A stretch of DNA of 64,000 bases from a virus, in the IMG/VR virus record IMGVR_UViG_3300030102_006261, positions 78,161-142,160 of that record. The stretch is one strand, 5' to 3'. The notes under the pieces are model-generated. The model saw nothing but the letters and a program-made list of their open reading frames with translations. It did no database searches and was not told the DNA's origin. The translations under genes and the position numbers were made by a program. Position 1 is the first letter of the stretch, and the number at the start of each line of letters is the position of its first letter. This document shows, one piece after another, positions 30,551 to 40,092 of the stretch.

Positions 30551-31117
30551 ATGATTGTAGCGGGAATCGATTATTCATTGTGCGGACCAGCGATCTGTGT
30601 ATTTAAGGGTGAAGACTTGGATGTGTTTTCATTTAGTAAATGTAAATTTTACTATCTGACAGACACTAAAAAATATGCAAAAACTTTTCTTACTAACATA
30701 CACGGAAGTGTTTTTGAAGAGTATAATCATGATTGTGAGCGTTACGACACAATTTCCTCTTGGGCGGCTGATGTGTGTTACGGATGTGAACAAGTTGGAC
30801 TAGAGGGATATGCATATGGAGCTAAGGGTAGAGTATTTCATATCGCAGAAAACACTGGTATATTAAAGTACAAATTCTTTCAGAATAATATTCCAGTTGA
30901 AGTAATAACTCCATCTGAAGTTAAGAAACGTGCATGTGGGAAAGGTAATGCAAACAAAGCGGATATGCACAGTGCCTTTCGAAAAGACACTGGATATGAT
31001 TTGACTAAAATAATGACACCAGATAAAAAAGAAGTTACGAATCCGGTGTCTGATATTGTCGATGCTTACTATGTTTGCAAATGTTTGCACGATAACATAA
31101 AATATACACTGATTTAA
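30551..31117 (+). CDS. RuvC-like Holliday junction resolvase
   Basis: AGIDYS, LEGYAY, IAENTGILK, P.EVKK..GKGNANK, DIVDAY. Confidence 0.85.
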   Translation: MIVAGIDYSLCGPAICVFKGEDLDVFSFSKCKFYYLTDTKKYAKTFLTNIHGSVFEEYNHDCERYDTISSWAADVCYGCEQVGLEGYAYGAKGRVFHIAENTGILKYKFFQNNIPVEVITPSEVKKRACGKGNANKADMHSAFRKDTGYDLTKIMTPDKKEVTNPVSDIVDAYYVCKCLHDNIKYTLI

Positions 31118-31121
31118 ATAC

Positions 31122-31147
31122 AACACCGGCGATCTCTCACCGGTATT
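31122..31147 (-). terminator. Hairpin with GAGA tetraloop between convergent genes
   Basis: Minus strand aataccggtga-gaga-tcgccggtgtt. Confidence 0.55.
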
Positions 31148-31179
31148 GATTGGGTTTATATTCAATTGTTTTTAGACTT

Positions 31180-33012
31180 TTACTCCGTTTGTGTAAAGTA
31201 AACGCCAGTGATGGGACACCACCACGGGTCGTTTGGTCCGAAAGGATTCTCGAATACGTCATCGACATTCATGTTGGAATTCCACATGAGTTCGTCTGGA
31301 CCATAGAAAGTCCATGATGCACCAGCAGTCGGTGCAGGGAACCAAGGTTGAGTCCTATCCCAATCCTCGAAACAGTCCTCAATCTTGACATTCTCGAATC
31401 GCCAGGTTTGGTTTGTTTCACTCCATGTCCACGGGCCCTCTTCGTTTCGTGAACCATCAGGATTGCTCCTGTCGAAAGTGAACGTGCTATGTCTATCGGG
31501 AAGGTTACTTTGCTTCTGGACAAGAATACAATCCTTGAACAAGTTGTTCTTCGCAGGACCACACCATCTCCAGATGAGAGAGACTGGACTACACTCAGGA
31601 ATGCCATTTCCTCCTTGGTTTGAGAGTTGGACATTCACCCATGCAGAGTTATGAATACCACCACCAGGCCTCTCACCGGGACAACCATGCACACCCTGCT
31701 CTCTGCAAGTATGATTGCCGTAGATGTCACGAAGAATCACGTTCTGGTGAATGTAGTCGATACCGTTGTATTGCATGTAGTCAATGTGACATGCGGTGGG
31801 ATCAATTTCACCCAAAGGATTGTGATTGGTGATTTCGATACTCAGAAGCAACTGTGCAAAGTGCAATTCAAGTGCATCGCAAGCAACACTGTCAAGCACA
31901 CAGTTACGCATAATGATGCCAGTCGTGCCTTCTTGTGTCCAAGTGTGTATGGTATCAGTCCACCACTGAAATCCACCCTTGCCTGTGACAAACATGGTTT
32001 CGGTATCCTCGCTGTAGTCGTGACCCTTGATGATACAACCATCGTACCACCGTCCACCGTATCTCTTCGTTCCACCATTCAGAATTCTTTCCTGATCGGT
32101 ATCGACGAAGACATCCTTGAGTCTGCATAGACTCTTCGTGAGAAATCCACCACCACTTGAGGTGTTCTCGTTTGCAACAATCTTACAGTCTGCCGATGCG
32201 ACGCCGGGTGCCGGTGTAATCGTGAAGTATCGTCCGTTGCTTTGACGGAACGAGTTCAGTGGCCAACCGCCGCTTGCATCGATAGTGTGTTCGCCTTCGA
32301 GTAGGTAGACGGTAGTTCCACCAATCTCGGCGTATGGTTGTTGCAGACCAGAACGAAGTGCATCGTGGAGTCCCTTGTATGGGTTCTCCCGTGTGCCGTC
32401 ACCATTCACATCATCACCATCGGGAGAAATATAAAGTTCTCTCGTTGGCCAGTAACCTGTATTGTTACTGAATAGGTTCACCCCGTTGTACTGGGGTAGT
32501 GGGTAGTTCTCATCGTAAACATCACGATCAAGAACGACACTTGGGCCCATCGTGCCGAACACTTCTGCCGATACTGTAATCTTTGTGTCTGGATGTTTGC
32601 GAGTGTCAAGAGGGAACCAATACTCCATCTCACCCGTTCGAGGATTCAGAGTCATCTCCTTGACTCTAATAATTTCTGGTTTGTGTGGAACCTGATGTCC
32701 CCATGCACCAAGGAGATGAGTGATTTCTCTCCCCCCAACTCCTGCTCCCCATTGTCTCAGAAGAACAGAGAGGTCTTCCCCGTCTACAATCTCGTCGTGA
32801 TTCCAATCTCCGACGTATCCTTGACGGTTGATCGTGAACTCTACACGATCTATGCCTTCTAAGTGGTAGGCGACTACTCCCACTTCAAATACACCAGTAA
32901 CATCTTGCTGTGGCACAACATCAAAATATGCCATAGGGGGTTCTGTTTCTGGGGCGTAAACGGGAACGTCGCCGTTGCATAATATTGATAATCCAACCAA
33001 TAAATCTAGCAT
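31180..33012 (-). CDS. Exported protein with dockerin/EF-hand-like motif and DUF1565/pectin-lyase-like beta-helix
   Basis: SD AAGGAG before ATG 33012; hydrophobic N-terminus; GDWNHDEIVDGEDLSVLLRQWG; YISPDGDDVNGDGTRENPYK, VYLLEGEH. Confidence 0.65.
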   Translation of the reverse strand: MLDLLVGLSILCNGDVPVYAPETEPPMAYFDVVPQQDVTGVFEVGVVAYHLEGIDRVEFTINRQGYVGDWNHDEIVDGEDLSVLLRQWGAGVGGREITHLLGAWGHQVPHKPEIIRVKEMTLNPRTGEMEYWFPLDTRKHPDTKITVSAEVFGTMGPSVVLDRDVYDENYPLPQYNGVNLFSNNTGYWPTRELYISPDGDDVNGDGTRENPYKGLHDALRSGLQQPYAEIGGTTVYLLEGEHTIDASGGWPLNSFRQSNGRYFTITPAPGVASADCKIVANENTSSGGGFLTKSLCRLKDVFVDTDQERILNGGTKRYGGRWYDGCIIKGHDYSEDTETMFVTGKGGFQWWTDTIHTWTQEGTTGIIMRNCVLDSVACDALELHFAQLLLSIEITNHNPLGEIDPTACHIDYMQYNGIDYIHQNVILRDIYGNHTCREQGVHGCPGERPGGGIHNSAWVNVQLSNQGGNGIPECSPVSLIWRWCGPAKNNLFKDCILVQKQSNLPDRHSTFTFDRSNPDGSRNEEGPWTWSETNQTWRFENVKIEDCFEDWDRTQPWFPAPTAGASWTFYGPDELMWNSNMNVDDVFENPFGPNDPWWCPITGVYFTQTE

Positions 33013-33197
33013 TGTAATTCTCCTTATGTACATGCCTTTGTCGAGTTGTCAAATAAATATCCCAGATAAAAACGTATCATTTTAATCGGGGATCCTGCAA
33101 CTTAACGCAGGAATTAAACGAGTACGACCTCGTTCCGATTCTAGAATCGGATTTGCATTCATAAAGAAAAATCAATTGGTATCGTAATATGTATGTG

Positions 33198-33416
33198 TTA
33201 GTTAGTTTTTTCTTTCCATGTTTTTACAGTTATTATCACTAATACGATAATAAGTAAAATATACCATGGAATCCATGTGCGAGTTGCGGTTTCTGCGGCA
33301 ACCGCGATGTTATTTATTTTTTCCGGTTGTAGTGAGGGTTTAGCGTTGTTGATAACACGACCAGTTTCACAACCAAACAATAAAAGTAACGACATAAATG
33401 GAATTAAGTATTTCAT
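33198..33416 (-). CDS. Small lipoprotein with C-terminal TM helix
   Basis: Lipobox LLFGC after a signal peptide; hydrophobic C-terminal segment. Confidence 0.6.
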   Translation of the reverse strand: MKYLIPFMSLLLLFGCETGRVINNAKPSLQPEKINNIAVAAETATRTWIPWYILLIIVLVIITVKTWKEKTN

Positions 33417-33862
33417 GCTCTGTTTGCCGCAACTGCATTACCAAAGTAGAATCCTACGATGCTAATTAGAATTTGTCTATTTTCTTTCAGTAAAAGATAA
33501 CCATCTACTGGCTCTAGTGTGGTTGTTGTTTGTGATCCCGCCAAACCAAAGATATCCCACCACTGTCGTCCAGTCTCTTCTATTTCAACAACTGTTGGAA
33601 TTCCAAAGAATGGTAAGAGGAAGGGTGCTAGTATCGTACCAAATAATATCGCTATCACAATACCTCTACGCACCCATTTACCAGCACTCACTGATACGCG
33701 ATCGACTGCACCATCGTAATTTTCATTACTTGCTTTGTTTGCTTCTATTATACGATTGAAAACTTCAGCTTGCTCTTTTCTTCTTTCTGCATTCGATCGA
33801 AATAAGAAACCAACAAGACTACTTCCCACTAGGGACAAAAATTCAGCGGTTAAGAATTCCAT
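33413..33862 (-). CDS. Membrane protein, holin-like
   Basis: Three hydrophobic segments ending in IVGFYFG. Confidence 0.55.
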   Translation of the reverse strand: MEFLTAEFLSLVGSSLVGFLFRSNAERRKEQAEVFNRIIEANKASNENYDGAVDRVSVSAGKWVRRGIVIAILFGTILAPFLLPFFGIPTVVEIEETGRQWWDIFGLAGSQTTTTLEPVDGYLLLKENRQILISIVGFYFGNAVAANRA

Positions 33863-34414
33863 TTACTTCCTCTTTTTTCTTTTTTTCTTTCTTCTTGATA
33901 AAAAAGTTTTTCTATCCATACCAAGGGGAATATCAAATCCCTGAATCGCATCATTCCTTGATGATATACCAACGTCTGGTCCAGCACCAAATGCGGCTGC
34001 ACCCATGGAGTTTGTTGCGATACCTCCAGCACCATTCTCTTCTTTCAGACTAAACATAATAGACTTTAGATTTTCAATGACATATTCTCTATCCGCTCCC
34101 ATTTTTTCGGCCTCCTCGGCAAGTAAACCGAGAGCGGTAGTGAAACCTCTTAACTTATAATTGATTGCCGGATTTGGAATCATCTCAAAAAGTTGTTTAA
34201 TTTTAAATACTAATTTCTTAAACGGAGTGACAATCTGTTTCTCCTCTGCGGTTAAGCTAGAGTATTTCTTAGTAAGGTCTCCCTTTTCGTTTATCAGCCC
34301 CTGTCTGTATGCATCAGTTTGCATGAATGGGGTGGTAAGCTCTTGTACAAAGGTGTATAAAGTGAACGCATTTATTAGTTCGGAAGCAGCCAAATTTTCT
34401 TCTATTCTTTGCAT
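33863..34414 (-). CDS. Conserved T4-like hypothetical protein
   Basis: LTTPF..TDAY..GLI.EKG pattern; basic C-terminus. Confidence 0.65.
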   Translation of the reverse strand: MQRIEENLAASELINAFTLYTFVQELTTPFMQTDAYRQGLINEKGDLTKKYSSLTAEEKQIVTPFKKLVFKIKQLFEMIPNPAINYKLRGFTTALGLLAEEAEKMGADREYVIENLKSIMFSLKEENGAGGIATNSMGAAAFGAGPDVGISSRNDAIQGFDIPLGMDRKTFLSRRKKKRKKRK

Positions 34415-34791
34415 GTTATTTCCTTTAACTTTAGATCTATTCTGTGATCAGTCGATATGAGATCTAAATCTATTTCGGGTATTGTTTTTGGCATTAATTT
34501 TAAGTAACTCAAAAAGCTTTTTACCATTCCGTGGTATTCAGTGTCTAATTTGTGAAACAGTAATCTAGTGCATGATCCATATTTAAATACATTGTTTAGT
34601 ATTATAATGTGATTTAGTATTAACCTTATCTTTAACTCACCTGTTTTTTCAAATCTACTAAATAACCTTTTAATGTATTTTATTCTGTTTAGATCCTCTT
34701 GGAATTCGGCTTCACTTTCACAAGACGGGTTGTCATACATTTCACGAACAAATAAATCATAATTTTCCTCTTTAAGAGGTTGACTAAACAT
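34402..34791 (-). CDS. Conserved T4-like hypothetical protein
   Basis: YDNPSC..EF.EDL.RIKYIKRL, RLILNHIIIL.NVF. Confidence 0.7.
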   Translation of the reverse strand: MFSQPLKEENYDLFVREMYDNPSCESEAEFQEDLNRIKYIKRLFSRFEKTGELKIRLILNHIIILNNVFKYGSCTRLLFHKLDTEYHGMVKSFLSYLKLMPKTIPEIDLDLISTDHRIDLKLKEITCKE

Positions 34792-34797
34792 TCAAAT

Positions 34798-35367
34798 TCA
34801 TTCCTCTTCTTCTGGTGTCACCTCTTCAGAGTCAGTTTCTTCTTCTTCCATCTCTTCGGTTGCATCATCAATGCTTAGATCTAGTCTGTGTAGACCGTTC
34901 GGTGTTTCTTCCAAATTAATTGTAAGATTTAATCCAACACCACCTCTAGCATCAGAGATACCATCAGAGTTTATGAATCCATTTTTTAACAGATCATGAT
35001 CTGGTGAAGTTCCAAAAACACCACCAAAACGTGTCATTCTGTAAACCATAGGCTCACCGGTTCGCATAGCCATTTCACAGTCATTTTTAGCGGGATTGAA
35101 ATCAAAATCTAGTCCAATGATGTTCAGTTTAGATCTAAGAATTGACAGAGCTGCCTTTGGATCTAAGTATTCTTTTCTGCTAAACGCATTCAAGAAAGCG
35201 GATACTCTCTTTTTCTGACTATCCTTCTCTATTCGGTGAACACCTTCATCACTATGAATGGAGTTTGCTCCACCCGGAGCGGATGGTGTACCACCGAGAG
35301 CGCCACCCTCGGTATATTCCATTTCATGTAGATTTAAGCTGTTGGCGAGTTCCTTAAACTTTTTCAT
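34798..35367 (-). CDS. Hypothetical protein with capsid-targeting-like N-terminus
   Basis: MKKFKEL..L.LHE; acidic tail. Confidence 0.6.
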   Translation of the reverse strand: MKKFKELANSLNLHEMEYTEGGALGGTPSAPGGANSIHSDEGVHRIEKDSQKKRVSAFLNAFSRKEYLDPKAALSILRSKLNIIGLDFDFNPAKNDCEMAMRTGEPMVYRMTRFGGVFGTSPDHDLLKNGFINSDGISDARGGVGLNLTINLEETPNGLHRLDLSIDDATEEMEEEETDSEEVTPEEEE

Positions 35368-36143
35368 CGATCTTCTCTCCTATAACGAGTTACTTCGTTT
35401 AGATTTTTTAGTCTACCATTATTTAGGTAATTGTAAAACTGCTCATTTTTTGATTTTCTCTTTTTACCCTTTTGCTTATTCTTTCCACGTTTTCTAGGAT
35501 TCTCACCCTTCGCTCGAATAGTAGCAATAGCGTAAGCCATGTCAGATACAGATCCTCGTGATGGCTTTAGATCACCTTTGTCGAGCAACTCTTTAGCAAT
35601 CTTGTCTCTTTTTTCTTGCTCTGCCTTAGTTAGTTTTCTTTCACTGAGCATCTCGCCTTGTGGGTCATATGAGTCTTCTACTTTACTACCCGCTCTCCAC
35701 TGACGACAGCTCCAGTATCCTGCTTTAGTTTTGTCTTTCTTTTCATCGCAATTGTGTCGAGCACGGAAATTTTTTCTTCTCTCTGGATCGTCTCTTTTGA
35801 TCTCCATGTTTGGATCACCGAATGAAACTTTGATGATATTGCCTTTTTGGTTGCGAACATACACGCCAAACTTTTTGTTACCACCACTTTGTCGGAAAGG
35901 TTTATTGAGAGTTACCTTCTTACCCTTGTACTCAGCTTCACTGATGTTTACTGACACACTTACTGTATCATCATAACGAAGACGAATTGAATCACTTTCT
36001 TTTTCCTCATCTAATACCTGAATTTCACAGAAACTTTTTGATATTTTATCAAGTGACACAAACTGATATACATCATTTTCTATGATAAAAATATCATTCT
36101 CAATTAAGTCACAAACTCTTTTTTCATAGTTTTTAGATTTCAT
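35364..36143 (-). CDS. Conserved phage hypothetical protein (basic)
   Basis: AEYKGKKVTLNKPFR, KKFGVYV, FGDPNM, RKNFRARHNC, YWSC motif block. Confidence 0.7.
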   Translation of the reverse strand: MKSKNYEKRVCDLIENDIFIIENDVYQFVSLDKISKSFCEIQVLDEEKESDSIRLRYDDTVSVSVNISEAEYKGKKVTLNKPFRQSGGNKKFGVYVRNQKGNIIKVSFGDPNMEIKRDDPERRKNFRARHNCDEKKDKTKAGYWSCRQWRAGSKVEDSYDPQGEMLSERKLTKAEQEKRDKIAKELLDKGDLKPSRGSVSDMAYAIATIRAKGENPRKRGKNKQKGKKRKSKNEQFYNYLNNGRLKNLNEVTRYRREDR

Positions 36144-36418
36144 TGTCTACCCCTTGCTGACATCTCTTCTAGCTCTTTTCTTATCCAGAGGAGATCGGTT
36201 TTTATTTCTGCTAGATCAGCCGCTAAGGTTATCCTAAAAGCTTCGGCGGTATCTAATCGTAGATCGAGTTGAGTTAATTCAGCCTCTATTGAATCAAGTC
36301 GCATCGAATAGTTAGCATCTTTTACCGCAACTTGCCAAAGCACGGAGGCTATGGTCAACCCCCACCCAATCAATACCGCATAGATTGTGATATTATTTTT
36401 TGCTGTTTCTTTTGTCAT
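36140..36418 (-). CDS. Small membrane-anchored coiled-coil protein
   Basis: N-terminal TM helix then heptad pattern. Confidence 0.6.
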   Translation of the reverse strand: MTKETAKNNITIYAVLIGWGLTIASVLWQVAVKDANYSMRLDSIEAELTQLDLRLDTAEAFRITLAADLAEIKTDLLWIRKELEEMSARGRQ

Positions 36419-39326
36419 GCTTTACTTTCTTTTTTTGTGGGGTTTGACCTGGTGTGTCCCTTAAGTATTTATTCAGTAATTCTGTAGTGCCCTCGAAGCC
36501 AGCTCCATACTCCTCGTTTGCTCTTTTTCTTTGACCATTGTCTGATCTATTTGCACTTCTACTTCTTACTCTTAAATTTGACTCTTCATTTGAGCCACCA
36601 TTACGTAAGGGTTTTTCGTGATCTACATCTTTACCCTGAAGAGCTTCTTTTCCCATTTGCTTTTCTTTTTTTCTTCTCGCCATAACTCTATCGCTGCGAT
36701 TAGCTCTTTGCTCGGGCTTTGAGTGGTAGTTATCGTATTCTTTTCTGTAGTTTCTATTTTTTTCAAGAACGATGAAATCAAACATTCTATCGATGTACTC
36801 GACCTCTTCATTTGTAATCATTTCAAAGTTCGGATCTATTGGGATTCTGACACGTCTACCATTTATCTCAAGCTCGTTGAATTTGGTAGATTTGTCCATC
36901 GTGTATTCTGTGAAGTCTATTGGCTCGGTATCAACACTTTCTACACCCAATTTCATAAATTCCATAAGTTTAAATACATCTTCACCAACGTTTTCAAGTG
37001 CAGCTCGAAGGTACTCTTGACTGTTACCAGATCCGTAATCTTTGAATTGTCCAGTGTATGATGGGTCAGTGTAGCTCATGGTCTGATCAGAATACCTTTG
37101 CACATCAGATTCAAATCCACCCATGTTATAACCTGCGGGTTCCGATTCCATGTAATCCATATCTGAACCTGCCCCACTAGCGAGTCCAGAGTCACCAACA
37201 CCACCAGTGTACTCTTTCAACGAAACCATATTTTTCAAACTGATTTTTTGTTCTTGTGTAACCATTGGTGGTTGGTATTTGCCCATGTGCATCTGTAACG
37301 CTGTTCTGAAGTTAAATGCTTGGGCCTCTTCTTCAGTTGCGGGATCATCCAAATCATAAAATGGCGCACTCAGAGCTAACATCATCTTTGGTGCTTGTGC
37401 AATTTTTTCAATATATTCATCCGTGATTGGTGTTAGATTTGTATTCGTACCATCTTTGTTTCCGCTAATAATTGAATTTGCGGATGCAATTGATTCTGGA
37501 CCGAACTTCAACTCTCCAGTTAAAGATTCACGCACAAATGATTTTTTAAAATCATTATTTTGTGTGAAGATATTTTCTATGTTTGATGAGATGTCAGTTG
37601 TAACTTTCTCAATCTCTTTCATCTCTGGAAGTTCTTCAATCGACTTTTGTTTTTCCCTCTCTGTTTTAGCTTGCATCGCGGTGATGTTTATAAAAGTCTC
37701 GCTTAGTCTCTTGGTGGTATCTTTTACAAACTTCTTAACTTTAGGGCTTTGTGCGATTGATTCACCAACCTCAGTCGTTGCTATTGCATTGAAAATTGGA
37801 GGACCGTCTGCAAGTGGATTGGATATGATTTTAGCCATACCAATTTTCATGGCTGCTTTTATTGTTTCCTCTGATGTATCTTTCTTACCTTTAGGTTTGA
37901 AATAAACTTCAGTGATTGGAGTTGAGTCAGTTCCACCTACTAGCTGCCAATTTTTATTTGTTTTTTCTGTTCCGGGTGTGAGAATTACCGCTTCGAAGTT
38001 TTGTGGAATCTTCTCCGTTAATTTTTCTATAGCTCTGAATCCAGCGGCCTCTAGAGTCTCACTCTCTCCGATTTTGGACAAGTCTGGATCGTTAAGTAAA
38101 CCACTAAACGGGTTGTTTTTTGTTGCAGAGTTCCAAGCATGTACGATACCTGCATCCAAATCATTCGCACCATGATCCCAATCTGGGAATACTGATCCCT
38201 TCCCTGTTATTTCTTTCCCGTCAGGTGGTAGTCTTGGTGGTTCGGGTGGTGGTGACATCATAAGAGGGTTCATGGGTGCCATCTGTGGATCAGCCGATAT
38301 TGCTTGCCCCTCGGGAGACATCTGTTGACCGCCTCCCATCTGAGGCGAATCCAAACCAAACATCTGAATTAGTCGTTTTGATGTTTTGGATTGCTCAAAG
38401 TCTGGTTCTTGCATTACGCTAAACGTGGTCTGGGGAGTAACCTCACCTCTAGGTGGTAAACCCTTTATGTTACCTGTAACTAGTTCATGCTTTTTGTAAC
38501 TGAAGTCTGCCTTTGGAATAATACGAAGCTTACCATCTTGTGTTGTTCTCACAATAGCGAGTTCTGGCCAGGGGTTAGTCTTCATTTTGTCTCTGGACGC
38601 AGCTCTGTCGGTTCTCTTGCGATCTCTGTCCACTGTCTCGTCGCCGTCAGGATTGCTTCTTGCGTTGTCTAGTTTCATCTGACGAGTGACTGGTTTTTCT
38701 TTTGTCATTTCTTGCTCTGACAATAGCTCTTGCACACCGTGATATGCGTCAGCAAATTCATAGAACTCCTCTAGATTGAACCACTCTGGAATATTTTCGT
38801 AATCAAAGTTTTCGTTTGTGTTCTGCATTTGTTTTATGAATTCCTCTTTGGTTTCGTCGCTCACCGGAGCCATCATGTCATTTACTTGTTTTTTATTTCC
38901 GGATCTCGCTGCATCACGCAGTGCAGTGCCAGAGTGACCTCCCAAGGTCTCTCTGTCAATGGAGTTTACATTGATATTTATGCCCCCAAAGTCTTTGTGT
39001 GATGCTATTCGTTTCATTTCAGCCTCTCTGTCATCACCTACATGGACGTTAACGGTGCTGAAATTATTTTCTCGTGCATGATCTACGGCATGTTCAAACG
39101 CATGGAATGCGCTTTTTACTGGAAGAACAGATGTTCCTTTGGGTGCTACTTCTTTTATTGCTTTTTGTCTGTGCTCTACTGTCAGGGGATATCGTGGATC
39201 CTCTGGATCGTGTTTTTGTGTCACAAAAACAAACTTGTTGTGATCCTCGGGCATTTGATTAAACACACCATGATGTGCCTTGGTGAGTCCATGATAACGC
39301 CCTACTGTAAAGCTAACTTCTGACAT
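36393..39326 (-). CDS. Multidomain protein: cytidylyltransferase-like N-terminus, HNH-like C-terminus
   Basis: FTVGRYHGLTKAH..YPL..VGDDR..SGTALR; C-terminal GKDVDHEKPL.NGGSN..NLRV..NRS. Confidence 0.7.
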   Translation of the reverse strand: MSEVSFTVGRYHGLTKAHHGVFNQMPEDHNKFVFVTQKHDPEDPRYPLTVEHRQKAIKEVAPKGTSVLPVKSAFHAFEHAVDHARENNFSTVNVHVGDDREAEMKRIASHKDFGGININVNSIDRETLGGHSGTALRDAARSGNKKQVNDMMAPVSDETKEEFIKQMQNTNENFDYENIPEWFNLEEFYEFADAYHGVQELLSEQEMTKEKPVTRQMKLDNARSNPDGDETVDRDRKRTDRAASRDKMKTNPWPELAIVRTTQDGKLRIIPKADFSYKKHELVTGNIKGLPPRGEVTPQTTFSVMQEPDFEQSKTSKRLIQMFGLDSPQMGGGQQMSPEGQAISADPQMAPMNPLMMSPPPEPPRLPPDGKEITGKGSVFPDWDHGANDLDAGIVHAWNSATKNNPFSGLLNDPDLSKIGESETLEAAGFRAIEKLTEKIPQNFEAVILTPGTEKTNKNWQLVGGTDSTPITEVYFKPKGKKDTSEETIKAAMKIGMAKIISNPLADGPPIFNAIATTEVGESIAQSPKVKKFVKDTTKRLSETFINITAMQAKTEREKQKSIEELPEMKEIEKVTTDISSNIENIFTQNNDFKKSFVRESLTGELKFGPESIASANSIISGNKDGTNTNLTPITDEYIEKIAQAPKMMLALSAPFYDLDDPATEEEAQAFNFRTALQMHMGKYQPPMVTQEQKISLKNMVSLKEYTGGVGDSGLASGAGSDMDYMESEPAGYNMGGFESDVQRYSDQTMSYTDPSYTGQFKDYGSGNSQEYLRAALENVGEDVFKLMEFMKLGVESVDTEPIDFTEYTMDKSTKFNELEINGRRVRIPIDPNFEMITNEEVEYIDRMFDFIVLEKNRNYRKEYDNYHSKPEQRANRSDRVMARRKKEKQMGKEALQGKDVDHEKPLRNGGSNEESNLRVRSRSANRSDNGQRKRANEEYGAGFEGTTELLNKYLRDTPGQTPQKKKVKHDKRNSKK

Positions 39327-39347
39327 AATAACTCCATATAGCTATTA

Positions 39348-39355
39348 TATTTATA
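39348..39355 (-). promoter_or_regulatory. T4-type late promoter TATAAATA
   Basis: Exact consensus upstream of SD GGAG and ATG 39326. Confidence 0.7.
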
Positions 39356-39385
39356 AAAAAACCGGAGAGCCCCGAGGGGCTCTCC
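39356..39385 (-). terminator. Rho-independent terminator
   Basis: ggagagccc-ctcg-gggctctcc followed by a T-run on the minus strand. Confidence 0.85.
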
Positions 39386-39387
39386 TG

Positions 39388-39492
39388 TATTCGTGTCAAG
39401 CTTTAAGGCTTTTATATTTTAAAGGGTTTGGACTGGATCACCCCCTATCCGTGTGCTAAAGTACTTTGAAAGACCTTAACTTAACACGAATA
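39388..39492 (-). ncRNA. Candidate structured RNA: long stem enclosing a 16S-complementary loop
   Basis: Arms 39388-39400/39480-39492 and 39403-39412/39469-39479 pair, with a G-U wobble on the minus strand; loop contains AGGGGGTGATCCAG. Confidence 0.55.
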
Positions 39493-39497
39493 GTGGT

Positions 39498-39623
39498 TTA
39501 GTCCTTATTCCATGGTAAGAATTTTTTAACCCAATTCCAGAGTGGAGTACCAATTAATGCGCCTGCTGCAAAAACTACTATGGTGAAAAAGGTGGTTCCT
39601 AATATGTCGTTAATCGCTTGCAT
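39498..39623 (-). CDS. 41-aa single-TM membrane peptide
   Basis: SD AAGGAG; MQAINDILGTTFFTIVVFAAGALIGTPLWNWVKKFLPWNKD. Confidence 0.65.
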   Translation of the reverse strand: MQAINDILGTTFFTIVVFAAGALIGTPLWNWVKKFLPWNKD

Positions 39624-39624
39624 T

Positions 39625-40092
39625 TTAATACTCCTTCTTTCTGCATGTGTACTTTTTGTGGTGTTTGCGCTTTCCTCGCGCAACCTCATACATTGCTGAT
39701 TTATTAAGTTTATGATCCCGGCAGAACTTACTGAAGTTTTCGATTTCAGTTTCGTTTCCTTCTGGATCCGTAATTATATATAAACTTTTTTGATTGGCAA
39801 CAGAATTTTTTATGGTATTTACGTCACCCTCAGAGAGCGATATCCTTGATTTAAATGGATCTATGGGATTTATTTGATATTTTTTCTTTTGATTTGTATT
39901 TTTTTTCTTTGGTATGGGTAGGATCTTTGGTTTGTTGATTGGGGGAAAATACTGGTACCAGCTACCATTGTGTCTGAATTCTCCACCATTATTTTCCACA
40001 TAAATTTTTCTTAATTGTGCAGCTCTGGTGTTATCATTAAATTTTGTCCACATGGCAGAGTGTTTTACGTTAATTAAATCATGTACATTCAT
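39625..40092 (-). CDS. Hypothetical protein with NUMOD1-like HTH C-terminus
   Basis: ITDPEG..I.NFSKFCR.H.L..M..V..GKRKHHK.Y. Confidence 0.6.
   Translation of the reverse strand: MNVHDLINVKHSAMWTKFNDNTRAAQLRKIYVENNGGEFRHNGSWYQYFPPINKPKILPIPKKKNTNQKKKYQINPIDPFKSRISLSEGDVNTIKNSVANQKSLYIITDPEGNETEIENFSKFCRDHKLNKSAMYEVARGKRKHHKKYTCRKKEY

Noticed and set aside
30361-39456. 27-nt repeat as CRISPR repeat, att site or 16S rRNA fragment
   Set aside because: Only two distant copies, no spacers, no integrase; 16S similarity is limited to the terminal 14 nt or so
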